From: a virus
DNA length: 64,000 bases
IMG/VR virus record: IMGVR_UViG_3300044878_000062
Reading direction: 5' to 3' (one strand)
Below the pieces are notes generated by a model. The model made no database searches. It worked only from the letters and a program-made list of their open reading frames with translations, and was not told the origin of the DNA. This document shows, piece after piece, positions 47,304 through 56,452 of this stretch (position 1 is its first letter; each line of letters opens with the position of its first letter). Position numbers and translations under genes: made by a program.

Positions 47304-48623
47304 ATGCAATGTCTGAAAAGAAAGATTGACTTCAACCTGAACAAAATCATGGTTGAAGAGTTGCCTTGGTCGCAAGGCTTCTATCGCGAAGGTTCCATTG
47401 CCGACGCAACGTTTAAACAGGACGTGACCGATTACTTCGATTTCTTCCTGAAGAACCAGGACGCCATGCCGTTCTACACCATCCGCCGGGACTCCTGTGC
47501 TCCGCTGGAACTGATGTTCGAACGTGCTTACGCGCAACTGGTCGATGCTGTGGGTCGTTTGTTCAACGAGCCTCATCACGTCATCATGGAGTTCATGGGT
47601 TGCGACTTCCTGCGCAAACACCCGTACTTCATTGACTACGCCAAGTGGTCGTTCCGTAACCACAGCTCTGCTCGCCAGTCGCTGTACGGTCGCTTCGATG
47701 CTGCGTTCGATCCGGTCACTGAAACGGTGACTGGTATCTACGAGTTCAACGGCGATACCCCGACCATGTTGTTCGAATCGGTGAACTTGCAAGCCAACCT
47801 GTGTGAGCAGGTAACTGGTAGCGACGAACCACAACTCAACATGTTCTGGCCAACGCTGATCAACGAACTCGAAGAGCTGGGTAAGGTGCCGGGCTTTGTG
47901 GGCGTGTTGTTTGAACAGCGTAGCTTTGAAGACATGGTGACTGCTGAAACGCTGGCTCAGATCCTAGGTCAGAACAACACCACCCTGTTCGCTGCCTTCG
48001 AAGACATCGACTACGACCACGCTTGCCGTGAGAAGCCTTGGCTGATCGGTGATCGTCGTCTGGACGTGGTGTTTGCTCTGTCGCCGTGGGAAGAGATGGT
48101 TGAGAACTTCCCTCAAGGTTACAAAGAGTGGGCTAACTGGGCATCGTCGGTTACCTTCCTGGAACCTGCGTGGCGTTGGTTTGCATCGAACAAAGGCATC
48201 TGGGCTTACATCACCCACTTGCGTGAGTCCGATCCAGCAGGCTACGGTTGCCAGTGGGACGAAGTTCCTACGCTGGCTACCTACACCTCGGCTCAGCCGT
48301 TCATCAACTCCGGCATGTCGTACGTACAAAAGCCTAAGGTTGGTCGCATGTCGTCCAACGTGAAGGTCTTTGGTGATCACAACGAACTGGTTCACGAGTC
48401 GGAAGGCCCGTACACCGATGACTGTGTTTACCAAGCGTACTGCCCACCGGGTCAGGTTGAAGGTCGCAACAACTTCATCATCGGCATGTTCATGGTTCCC
48501 GACGCTGTCGAAGACCGTGATGACATGTTTGACTCGACTGCTGCAACGTTGTGCATTCGTGAATTCGAATCTCCAACGCTGTCGTGGAAGAACGAACGCT
48601 TCATCCCACACATCATCGTTTAA
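47304..48623 (+). CDS. Glutathionylspermidine synthase-like ATP-grasp ligase (YgiC/YjfC-like)
   Basis: LYGRFD, YEFNGDTPT.LFES, PWEEM, EPAW...SNK, YVQKP..GR...NV, VYQ. Confidence 0.9.
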   Translation: MQCLKRKIDFNLNKIMVEELPWSQGFYREGSIADATFKQDVTDYFDFFLKNQDAMPFYTIRRDSCAPLELMFERAYAQLVDAVGRLFNEPHHVIMEFMGCDFLRKHPYFIDYAKWSFRNHSSARQSLYGRFDAAFDPVTETVTGIYEFNGDTPTMLFESVNLQANLCEQVTGSDEPQLNMFWPTLINELEELGKVPGFVGVLFEQRSFEDMVTAETLAQILGQNNTTLFAAFEDIDYDHACREKPWLIGDRRLDVVFALSPWEEMVENFPQGYKEWANWASSVTFLEPAWRWFASNKGIWAYITHLRESDPAGYGCQWDEVPTLATYTSAQPFINSGMSYVQKPKVGRMSSNVKVFGDHNELVHESEGPYTDDCVYQAYCPPGQVEGRNNFIIGMFMVPDAVEDRDDMFDSTAATLCIREFESPTLSWKNERFIPHIIV

Positions 48624-48627
48624 AGTA

Positions 48628-48657
48628 GACGGGCTCCTGCGGGAGCCCTGCTATGCC
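48628..48657 (+). terminator. Hairpin ending in TATGCC
   Basis: gggctcc-tgcg-ggagccc-tgctatgcc. Confidence 0.65.
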
Positions 48658-48677
48658 TAAAATTAAGGAATCCTCAG

Positions 48678-49682
48678 GTGGATCAGCAAACGCAACAAGC
48701 TTCAATGGAAATCGTTTCCCTGTTGTTGGGAGTTCTTGCTCGTAAGGGCGTGAAAGAACTTAGCTTTCAAGGGATGCGTATCTTTGACAGCGGTGATGGT
48801 ACTTCGTATCAGGTCGAGTGCCTGTCGGAACAAGCCATCGTGGAATCCTATCGCCTCCAGACTCCTTACGAGGTAGTCATGTTGGTGCTGGGTAATAGCT
48901 GGGACCTCGAGTTCGAAGCTGCCCTGGAAACTGTACTGACCAAGTACGGTGTGAAGACTCCACCAGAAGTCCTCAACACGGTAGAAGAAGCTCGCCGTAT
49001 CCTGGACACCTTCCGTCACGCTACCATGGTGATCGTAGAAGGTGGTTTCAAAGAGGTGCCGGTGATCTCTGACCAACTACCAGCCGTTGCCCCGAAAGAA
49101 GGTGAGCTGGTAGATGAGGAGGAAGAAGAGGACACCAAAGACTACAAGGCGTTGCGCAAGACTAAAGGCAACGACGTCGAGTACTCCGAAATCAAGGAAC
49201 TCAAGACCGGTGCGGTAGTTACGCAAGTGGTTCTGTATCCGACCAACGATGCGATCAAACCTGTCTGCTTCCCTGACCGCCAGAATGTAACGGCTGACGG
49301 TGTGCGCCTGGAACGTGATCTGGATGACGTGGTGTTCGATCGTCTGATGATCCAAATGTCTGACGGCACTACCGCTATGTTCCAGCATCACCAGGATTGC
49401 TGTGAGAACGTTTACATCGAGGACGTTGAAGGCGACTTCATGGACTTGATCGGGCGTCCTCTGGTAGTCGCTGAGGAAGCCTCACACTCGGCGAAGCAGG
49501 CAGACGGTGAACTGGGTCGTTGGTGTGATTCCGAGACTTGGACGTTCTACCGCTTTGCTAGCGACAAGGGCATGATCGTGGTGCGCTGGATGGGTTCCTC
49601 CAACGGCTACTACGGTGAATCCGTAAGCTGCGATTTCTCCCACGGTGGTAAACGCGAAAACGCTCTCGGTCACGATGAGTAA
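48678..49682 (+). CDS. Hypothetical protein with conserved phage C-terminal domain
   Basis: HHQDCCENVYIED...SETWTFY...SSNGYY motif, recalled from diverse phages. Confidence 0.7.
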   Translation: MDQQTQQASMEIVSLLLGVLARKGVKELSFQGMRIFDSGDGTSYQVECLSEQAIVESYRLQTPYEVVMLVLGNSWDLEFEAALETVLTKYGVKTPPEVLNTVEEARRILDTFRHATMVIVEGGFKEVPVISDQLPAVAPKEGELVDEEEEEDTKDYKALRKTKGNDVEYSEIKELKTGAVVTQVVLYPTNDAIKPVCFPDRQNVTADGVRLERDLDDVVFDRLMIQMSDGTTAMFQHHQDCCENVYIEDVEGDFMDLIGRPLVVAEEASHSAKQADGELGRWCDSETWTFYRFASDKGMIVVRWMGSSNGYYGESVSCDFSHGGKRENALGHDE

Positions 49683-49737
49683 TTGAACAGGCCGTCCTTC
49701 GGGGCGGCCTTTAACTCCTTCAGAAAGGAAAGTAGTA

Positions 49738-49992
49738 ATGGATTTCGTAACTGCTGTATCTACTATCGTCATCTTGAATGGCGCTGGTAACGCAGTGTCG
49801 CAAGAACACATCCCAATGGCTAACATGAAGCGTTGTCACGAGTACGCTCGTCAAGTACTGGGCTACAACGCTATTGAAACCAACAACGTCTTTATTCTGC
49901 GGACTAAACTCGAGGTGGATGCTAATGGTGGTGGGGCTACGCACTATGGTACCAAGACTCGTGAAATCGCCTGTGTCAAGGTAAGGGGGTAA
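49738..49992 (+). CDS. Hypothetical protein
   Basis: 84 aa, AAGGA RBS. Confidence 0.6.
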   Translation: MDFVTAVSTIVILNGAGNAVSQEHIPMANMKRCHEYARQVLGYNAIETNNVFILRTKLEVDANGGGATHYGTKTREIACVKVRG

Positions 49993-49994
49993 GT

Positions 49995-50129
49995 ATGTTG
50001 CACAATCCACTCGTAGACCAAATGCAACGCCGCCGTCAAGATCGTCACACGCACGCTAAGTTCGTGTTTCTTAACGGTTTGTTTATTGTTACATGCTTGG
50101 CCAATCTGGTGTATCAGTTAGTCAAGTAA
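49995..50129 (+). CDS. Small hypothetical membrane peptide (44 aa)
   Basis: Manual ORF MLHNPLVDQMQRRRQDRHTHAKFVFLNGLFIVTCLANLVYQLVK after GGGGG RBS. Confidence 0.45.
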   Translation: MLHNPLVDQMQRRRQDRHTHAKFVFLNGLFIVTCLANLVYQLVK

Positions 50130-50163
50130 AACCCTTTAGAAACTTAAGGCTATGGAGCCGTAT

Positions 50164-50364
50164 ATGAAACTCAATCTCGAAACCGTTGAACAGCAACACG
50201 CAGAAATGAACAACCCCATGACCTTTAACCACAGGTTCGGGAGTATGGGCTTTCGCCGTGGGGATTTTACCAACTTCGCCGCTATCACTTCCCGTCAGCC
50301 AGGTCGCTTGGAAGACTTCCTGAAAGAAATCCAACAAGCTCGCAAGGATGCTAAAAATGTCTGA
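50164..50364 (+). CDS. Small hypothetical protein
   Basis: GGAG RBS before ATG 50164 (alternative start 50152). Confidence 0.55.
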   Translation: MKLNLETVEQQHAEMNNPMTFNHRFGSMGFRRGDFTNFAAITSRQPGRLEDFLKEIQQARKDAKNV

Positions 50365-50911
50365 TAAGAAAACTGCAAAAGAAAAACTGTTCGACCGTGT
50401 GGAGAACGTTCTGAAGACCGCTGAGATTGACCCCTTGGTAATCAAGCGTGTTCGTGAGCAATTCTTCCCACCGAAGTCTACGGGCTTGCTGCGCCCACAG
50501 AAGCGCCAGTTCAAGGCTAGCGTCCTGCAACCTCGGGCTCCTAGCTTTGTACGCAACACTGAATACTACTACTGGTTCGAATTGGCAGACGTTACCATCG
50601 AGCCAGACAAAGACTACCGCTTGGTAGAGCTAGACCTGATAGGGGAATCTGATCCTGACTGGGTATTGCTGATCACTCCGAAAGGCTGTGACACACTGGC
50701 CATCAAGAACGCAATCTTCTATCACGGTTGGGACGACATGTTGAAAGCCAACCCGTCGTTCGAAGTGCGTCAAATGAAAGACCTGGACAAACGTGAACGC
50801 CTCGGTGCTTACAACACTGATGTGCCACGCATTATGTACTCCCGCTACAAACGAAACGGATCTTATCGTGATGGTGGGATCATCTACCCAAGAGGGTTCA
50901 AACATGCGTAA
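50357..50911 (+). CDS. Hypothetical protein
   Basis: AAGGA RBS, about 184 aa. Confidence 0.65.
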   Translation: MSDKKTAKEKLFDRVENVLKTAEIDPLVIKRVREQFFPPKSTGLLRPQKRQFKASVLQPRAPSFVRNTEYYYWFELADVTIEPDKDYRLVELDLIGESDPDWVLLITPKGCDTLAIKNAIFYHGWDDMLKANPSFEVRQMKDLDKRERLGAYNTDVPRIMYSRYKRNGSYRDGGIIYPRGFKHA

Positions 50912-51086
50912 GAAGAAATGCTACTTCGGGCAACGCAAAGTCAAACACACCTTTGGCATCGACTTGAACGGTCGTCGCTTATGGGTTGTGCCTCGAGTAC
51001 TGCGCCCGTACTTCCACGCTGAATGTGAGAAGATGCTGGCGCTGCTCCCACCACCAACACACCACCCGGAACTCCTGAATAAATGA
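50904..51086 (+). CDS. Small basic hypothetical protein
   Basis: GAGGG RBS, MRKKKCYFG... Confidence 0.55.
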   Translation: MRKKKCYFGQRKVKHTFGIDLNGRRLWVVPRVLRPYFHAECEKMLALLPPPTHHPELLNK

Positions 51087-51289
51087 ATGCGATCTACCTT
51101 GGCTTGATTAACCTAGTGTTGGTACTGGGTCTGGTAGTGTTCCGCCGTGATGGTGAAACAATCATTCAGAATGTCATGCGTCGTTTCGAGTACTACATGC
51201 GTTACTGGTTTCTTCTCGGTCTGCTAGAGCTGCTGGGGACAGTTGCGTGGTATCTTTGGTTCGCACAAAGGCCTGGACTAGCGACATGA
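51083..51289 (+). CDS. Small membrane protein
   Basis: Two hydrophobic segments, ATGA overlaps. Confidence 0.55.
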   Translation: MNAIYLGLINLVLVLGLVVFRRDGETIIQNVMRRFEYYMRYWFLLGLLELLGTVAWYLWFAQRPGLAT

Positions 51290-51828
51290 CCAAAATCAAA
51301 ATCAGACACACCCTTACAAACCGCCAGCTTACACATCAGTACGAGCGGGTAGGTGTTTACCGAGTGAGCACTATGGACATGAGTTTCCTAGTGCACACGC
51401 TGTTAGGTGTGTATGATAGGCTCCCTGATTTCTATCCTGCTCTCAAGGCGGGTAAGTGGGAGTTTGACTTCACTCGGCCAATTGAGTTCCAAGCCATCGC
51501 CTACACCGACGCTACTGGTTGGAAGATGTTGATGATGGTGGAGAACGAGGACCGCTACGGAGCAACGATCACCTTTGCCTTCAGTGGGATGGAAGCCATT
51601 CCGTATCTGACGTGTAAAGATTACGAACCGTTGTTCCTGAAGGGTCCTGAAATGATGATCCCATGGATAGAGACTGTCACTGTGAAACAAGAACCACCAA
51701 AGCCAAAACCGTTAACCCGCTGGCAACGTTTCAAGAACTGGTTCCGTCGAAAGCCTAGCTCCAGTAGCGGCAGCGGAACTTCGATCTTGGACGACATTGG
51801 CGAGGTCCTTTCAGACATCGTTGATTGA
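51286..51828 (+). CDS. Hypothetical protein
   Basis: ATGA overlap start. Confidence 0.65.
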   Translation: MTKIKIRHTLTNRQLTHQYERVGVYRVSTMDMSFLVHTLLGVYDRLPDFYPALKAGKWEFDFTRPIEFQAIAYTDATGWKMLMMVENEDRYGATITFAFSGMEAIPYLTCKDYEPLFLKGPEMMIPWIETVTVKQEPPKPKPLTRWQRFKNWFRRKPSSSSGSGTSILDDIGEVLSDIVD

Positions 51829-51829
51829 C

Positions 51830-51866
51830 GGCATAAAGAAAAGGGGTTCACGCCCCTTTTCTTTTG
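51830..51866 (+). terminator. Terminator with 5' GGCATAAA
   Basis: ggcataaagaaaagggg-ttcacg-ccccttttctttt. Confidence 0.8.
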
Positions 51867-51876
51867 TCTTCTACTG

Positions 51877-51910
51877 AAAAAGAACTCAGAGATATATTAC
51901 CCATGTGTAG
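51877..51910 (+). promoter_or_regulatory. Early promoter (TATATTAC 51893-51900)
   Basis: aaaaagaactcagagaTATATTACccatgtgtag. Confidence 0.8.
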
Positions 51911-51974
51911 TATGTTAGTACTAACGGCACCAGTTCGTCGACAACGACAAGTCCAAATTCACAAGGGGATGCTA

Positions 51975-52265
51975 GTGACACCGTTCTCTGGAGCTAAACT
52001 GTTTCACCTGAAGGCAACTCATGGTCTACCGCTAGAGGTAGCGATCGACATGATCATGAACACTAACGGTCTGAAGATCGAGTGGCCTAGCTTTATTGAC
52101 ACCGCTCGTCAGAATGACTGGTGGGACTTCCAGATTGTAGAAGCCGTTGAGTTGGCTCTGCAAGATGGGTTGGTTGCACCGGATGTAATTCGCGACATCA
52201 TGATCCGTATCCGTGACTACATCCTCAAAAACAAACATCCAAAGATGGAGCAGAAACATGGCTGA
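51975..52265 (+). CDS. Small early protein resembling an alanyl-tRNA synthetase helical segment
   Basis: SGAKLFHLKATHGLPLEV...GLKIEWPSF vs AlaRS G..AF.LYDTYGFP.DL...GL.VD..GF; the start must lie downstream of the promoter (GTG 51975 or ATG 51969). Confidence 0.6.
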   Translation: MTPFSGAKLFHLKATHGLPLEVAIDMIMNTNGLKIEWPSFIDTARQNDWWDFQIVEAVELALQDGLVAPDVIRDIMIRIRDYILKNKHPKMEQKHG

Positions 52266-52839
52266 GTCCGCAATTGCCAAATTGATTCGTGAGACAGGGA
52301 AGCCGATAGGCGACCAGCGTAGTGGTCACGGCGGTGAGTTCGTGTCCCCTAACCAGTTCATTGAAAACGTGTTGGTGGACTGGATGGAAGATGACGTGTT
52401 CTACCGACGTCACAGTAAGACTCTGGCCCGTGACTTGAACAACGCTCGTGAGAAGACCTCACTGGTGATCTTCAAGAAGCAAGGTCTCGACGCCTACTTC
52501 GGTTACGTCGAGTGTCGTACCCAACTGATGTCTCGCCTGAATCTGGGTCAGTCCATCGCTGGTGCTTACTCCACCCAACTGCGCGCTGCACTGATGATGT
52601 TCTTGGCTAGTGAGGGTCTGGAGTTCGTTGGTGTGTATCACGCACAGTCGATCTTCAACTATAACCACTCGGTTAACCATCCACCACAAACTCGTAACTT
52701 CTCGGTCGACAAGTCCCTGATCGGTAAGACGATCCGGCAGATCGAACACGTGGGCTTCCACATGGACCCACACACCTGGGGCGAGAACAAGTGGTGTCTG
52801 ATTCCGAAAGCGCTGTTCTCTGCTGATGGAGGTGAATGA
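52258..52839 (+). CDS. Hypothetical protein
   Basis: GGAG RBS, ATG 52258. Confidence 0.65.
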   Translation: MAESAIAKLIRETGKPIGDQRSGHGGEFVSPNQFIENVLVDWMEDDVFYRRHSKTLARDLNNAREKTSLVIFKKQGLDAYFGYVECRTQLMSRLNLGQSIAGAYSTQLRAALMMFLASEGLEFVGVYHAQSIFNYNHSVNHPPQTRNFSVDKSLIGKTIRQIEHVGFHMDPHTWGENKWCLIPKALFSADGGE

Positions 52840-53459
52840 TGATTAAGCTTTATGGCGTGCCCAACATGCACTACGATCCTAAACTCCTGCTGACTATGTC
52901 CAGCCTGACTTGGATGTTGTATGAACGTCCAACGATGGCTCGTCAACATCAGGAGCTGGATCAAAAGGTTATCGAGATCCAGATCGAAGGTACGTCTGAC
53001 GACATTCAGGACATGCCGAAGGACAAGAAGATCGACGACCTGGAACCCGGTATGTATCGTTCGGGTATCTTCGTCTGGTTCAAAGGTGACCCCAAGCTGT
53101 TCAAGGAAATCCGTACAGTCTCCCCAGCCAAACTGGAAGACCCGGCGATTCCTCGTATCACCATCGTTGCGGTGATCGAACAGCACGAGCAACTGCGTGA
53201 CAACAACTGGTTCAACTGCCAGGCTGTAAAGAGCGCTGTGGATCGCTTCAAACCGAAGTGGGTCTGTAAGGGCTACGTGCAAAGCAAGATTGGTGAGGAC
53301 AAAGTCCGCATCGATTACGTGCCGGTAGCTATCAACGAGTCGGCTCTCCACAACGTGATCAAGAACCTGATCGCAGCCATGACTGGCGTCGGTGAGCAAT
53401 TCGAAGAGATCTTCGATGACCACGGTACGAAGCAGGAGATGAACATTTTCGATCTGTGA
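52836..53459 (+). CDS. Hypothetical protein, paralog of the next gene
   Basis: KGDPKL...PKWVC..YV...KVRIDYVPV.IN. Confidence 0.7.
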   Translation: MMIKLYGVPNMHYDPKLLLTMSSLTWMLYERPTMARQHQELDQKVIEIQIEGTSDDIQDMPKDKKIDDLEPGMYRSGIFVWFKGDPKLFKEIRTVSPAKLEDPAIPRITIVAVIEQHEQLRDNNWFNCQAVKSAVDRFKPKWVCKGYVQSKIGEDKVRIDYVPVAINESALHNVIKNLIAAMTGVGEQFEEIFDDHGTKQEMNIFDL

Positions 53460-53467
53460 GGTGAACC

Positions 53468-54058
53468 ATGCTCACACTGTTTGCGGCACTGGATATGATG
53501 ACCCCGTTGAACGAAGACTATAACTTCGCCAACCTTGCTCAGCTAACCCTTTATCGCTACCACAATCACGTTAAGCCGAAAGTCAATCAGGCAATCTACA
53601 AGTTCGAGTTTGATTACCCGGACCCTCCATTGTTCGATCAGGTTGACTTTCCCTTGGTGCAATACCAGGAAGGTGTTTACGTTTACAGACCTCACTACAT
53701 TTATAAGGGCGATCCTGTCTTGCCTTTGTACTGTACACGGGTGACTCGCGCAGAGATCGAAACGGATCGAGGGATTCCTAAAATCGATGTCATTGTGCCA
53801 GTCAACCCTGAGGTTTTCATAACGCCGTTCTGGTGGTCAGACATTGAGATGCACCTGAAGATGCAGGAGTATTCTCCCAAGTGGATTTGTGAACATTACG
53901 TTACTGGACGTTTCGGTAACAAGGTGAGGTTCACCTACATCCCAGTCCTGATCAATTCCGAGCAACGTGATGACTTGTCGAAAGCTCGTGGTATCTTGGA
54001 CGACCTCGTAGATGCTTGTTACAAAGACATCTCTGGCGTTCGCTACAACTTGTTCTAA
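53468..54058 (+). CDS. Hypothetical protein, paralog of the previous gene
   Basis: KGDPVL...PKWIC..YV...KVRFTYIPV.IN. Confidence 0.7.
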   Translation: MLTLFAALDMMTPLNEDYNFANLAQLTLYRYHNHVKPKVNQAIYKFEFDYPDPPLFDQVDFPLVQYQEGVYVYRPHYIYKGDPVLPLYCTRVTRAEIETDRGIPKIDVIVPVNPEVFITPFWWSDIEMHLKMQEYSPKWICEHYVTGRFGNKVRFTYIPVLINSEQRDDLSKARGILDDLVDACYKDISGVRYNLF

Positions 54059-54102
54059 TCTCAGGCGGGGGTCTGCCCCGCCTAACCTTAAGGAAGGAAG
54101 TC

Positions 54103-54942
54103 ATGCGTAGTTTGTGGGATCGGCTGTTTAAGAATGACCTGCGGCGTGCCCAGCAAGAACTGGACTACTGCAAAAGTTTTGTCCGCATTGCCGTACATGA
54201 ACCTAATGTGCGTTGCAGTGTGGCTGAGATCTACCACGTCACGGAATTCAATCTCAAAGAAAACACGATGCACTACTTTGAGCCTCACCGTGAAGGTAAC
54301 TTCTCGCTCAAGATTCCACACCGTAGCCAAATCCAGTTTCTGGATGCTGGTGCTTGTGGGCTCTTGGGTTACGACCACGACTTCAACAAGAAGCTGGATC
54401 GACTGTACCGAGAGCTGGATGCCAACCGTGAAGAATTACGGGGCAAACGTTTCTATGTAGGTGACTGCGCGCAAACCAATCACCCACTGTACCTGACTGC
54501 TACGGGGATGTTCCGCAAGCTCTCTAAAGAAGACGCTAAACACTGGCCTCGTCAGTTGCCGTTCGAGTTCATCGCACTGATGCGACAAGCACCAGGGATC
54601 AACCACTATTACCAGTTCGGCTATTACGCCACTCGTGGTACGCGTTTGATCCACCCGAATGTCTCCAAAGACTGGGAACCTGATCCGCACTACCGTTCTC
54701 TTCAGGAAGAGCGTGAAGCTAAACTCATCCGGGAGTACAACGATTACCTGAAAGCAGACCACTTTGAAAACGGTGACCTGATTCAGGATGGTACAGACAT
54801 GCCCGTAGTGTTCATTCGCTACACTGATCCTGAACGTACTGGGATGGTAACTTACCCTGATGGTGAAGTAAAAGGCATTCGTCGCATCCTTCGCTTTAAG
54901 CTGATCCAACGCAAGTATCGGCAGGCGATGGAAGAAGTCTAA
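54103..54942 (+). CDS. Hypothetical protein
   Basis: ATG 54103 after AAGGAAGG. Confidence 0.7.
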   Translation: MRSLWDRLFKNDLRRAQQELDYCKSFVRIAVHEPNVRCSVAEIYHVTEFNLKENTMHYFEPHREGNFSLKIPHRSQIQFLDAGACGLLGYDHDFNKKLDRLYRELDANREELRGKRFYVGDCAQTNHPLYLTATGMFRKLSKEDAKHWPRQLPFEFIALMRQAPGINHYYQFGYYATRGTRLIHPNVSKDWEPDPHYRSLQEEREAKLIREYNDYLKADHFENGDLIQDGTDMPVVFIRYTDPERTGMVTYPDGEVKGIRRILRFKLIQRKYRQAMEEV

Positions 54943-54980
54943 ATAAAACAATCTTGGGTATATATTACCCTAGTGCAATA
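54942..54980 (+). promoter_or_regulatory. Early promoter (TATATTAC 54961-54968)
   Basis: tatattaccctagtgcaata; 20 nt identical to 63370-63389. Confidence 0.85.
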
Positions 54981-55015
54981 AACCAAACCAAAACCTTGTA
55001 CAAGGAAAGCTGTCA

Positions 55016-55276
55016 ATGAAACTGTCCACCGTTCTCGAAGCTGCAACTACCGTTTCCTTCGTTAAAGTCGCTGGCACCAGCCTGACTGTGCTGAACGACA
55101 AAAATGACGTGCTCGTACTCGACATCGCTGACGGCGTTCTGCCGCAGGGTACTGTCGTCGGTTCCAAGCTGACCTTCAGCAAAGAAGGCGAGCTGACCAA
55201 ATCCGAAAACCCAAGCTTCGCCCCGGCTGCCAAGACTGGCAAATCCGGCTGCCTGGAACAGCGCGTTCAAGGCTAA
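55016..55276 (+). CDS. Small highly expressed early protein
   Basis: 86 aa, AAGGA RBS, optimal codons, own promoter and terminator. Confidence 0.8.
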   Translation: MKLSTVLEAATTVSFVKVAGTSLTVLNDKNDVLVLDIADGVLPQGTVVGSKLTFSKEGELTKSENPSFAPAAKTGKSGCLEQRVQG

Positions 55277-55283
55277 GTAAACA

Positions 55284-55322
55284 CATGGAGTGTGGAGGGC
55301 CAACCCCACACTCCTTATGCCG
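55284..55322 (+). terminator. Hairpin CAT...TATGCCG
   Basis: catggagtgtgg-agggccaacc-ccacactccttatgccg. Confidence 0.75.
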
Positions 55323-55343
55323 TCAGCTCAAGGGAGCAAATAG

Positions 55344-55928
55344 ATGTCGATGATTGTTGTGAAAGACTGGGTAATGGCTTCGGACACCCAGATGCTGGTT
55401 GCTTGTGGAACCAGTGCTGAATACCGTGAGATCGAGAAGAAGATCCATCTCGATATTGAGAACCAGTTTGTACTGGGGATCGTTGGCAGTTCGGTTGACC
55501 GTGTGTGTCTGGCGCTGATCCAGAATATGCTCCGGGTTCGCCTGACTGCTTTTTATTTGGGTTATGACGCCTGTAACCCGCTGGAGTTCACTGACGAAGA
55601 AACCATGTTGCTGACCGGTTACGCTACGGACAACAATCGGTTGATCTACGTGGCTACTGCTGAGCACGTCTGGTTCATCAAGTGGATCAAAGACGAGGAG
55701 ACTTTGGAGATCCGTCTGGAACAACCCGGTGAGTTCTTCTGCATGGGTTCTGAGTTACGCTTTGCCAACATCTATCACAAGGCTGGCCTGTCAGCACCAG
55801 AGATCATTGAACGCATCTCTGTACTGTCCCCAACCTGTGGCGGTGAGTCTACCGTCATCAACCTGAAGAAGCTGGCTAAGTTCCCTCGCACCCCAGCCAA
55901 GAAGTCCACTCGTCGGAGCACTAAGTAA
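55344..55928 (+). CDS. Proteasome-beta/HslV-like (Ntn-hydrolase fold) protein, divergent
   Basis: MSMIVVKDWVMASDTQ...KKI...FCMGSE...GLSAPE.......TCGG. Confidence 0.6.
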   Translation: MSMIVVKDWVMASDTQMLVACGTSAEYREIEKKIHLDIENQFVLGIVGSSVDRVCLALIQNMLRVRLTAFYLGYDACNPLEFTDEETMLLTGYATDNNRLIYVATAEHVWFIKWIKDEETLEIRLEQPGEFFCMGSELRFANIYHKAGLSAPEIIERISVLSPTCGGESTVINLKKLAKFPRTPAKKSTRRSTK

Positions 55929-56449
55929 TGCTTGAGAATTTCGTTGCAGTATCTGGCAATCGCATTGCGTTCATGGCTGACCTGATTCGTGGTAGTGGTC
56001 TGCGTATCAAGAACTCGGTTGATCGCCTGTACACCCAACATGGTTTCCTGTTCCCTACCGAAATGAACTCCTACAACGTGATCGCTTACCTCAACGGGGA
56101 CAAGACTCCCGAGGTGGCTAACGAAGGTGTCATTAAGGCCGTGCTGCTGCGTCATGACGGGCAGTTGGAAGAATGGGTGCGTGGTGACCAAGCCGGTCTG
56201 TCTATCCCACGTATGATCAAGCGTGTACTCCCTTGGGGTGAGGGTGTGGTGTTTGCTCGCTCCAACAGTTTGACGCTGGAAGAAAGTATCACTGCTGCTC
56301 TGGATGTTCATGATGACAATCTTGAACTGGCGTTGGCACTGACCAAAGAAACATTGCGTCACGGCCCTTCGCCACTGTACTTCATGGACATCCCTGAGAT
56401 TGTCACTGAATTGCACAAGCGATTCCCTCTGAAGGGAAAGGGGAAGTAA
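55928..56449 (+). CDS. Hypothetical protein, possibly a degenerate paralog of the previous gene
   Basis: TAATG overlap; N-terminal IAFMAD, later WGEG...LEESITAA. Confidence 0.55.
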   Translation: MLENFVAVSGNRIAFMADLIRGSGLRIKNSVDRLYTQHGFLFPTEMNSYNVIAYLNGDKTPEVANEGVIKAVLLRHDGQLEEWVRGDQAGLSIPRMIKRVLPWGEGVVFARSNSLTLEESITAALDVHDDNLELALALTKETLRHGPSPLYFMDIPEIVTELHKRFPLKGKGK

Positions 56450-56452
56450 ACA

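Noticed and set aside
51864..51968. N-terminal extension of the 133-aa ORF
   Set aside because: Overlaps the terminator and the early promoter; the real start is downstream
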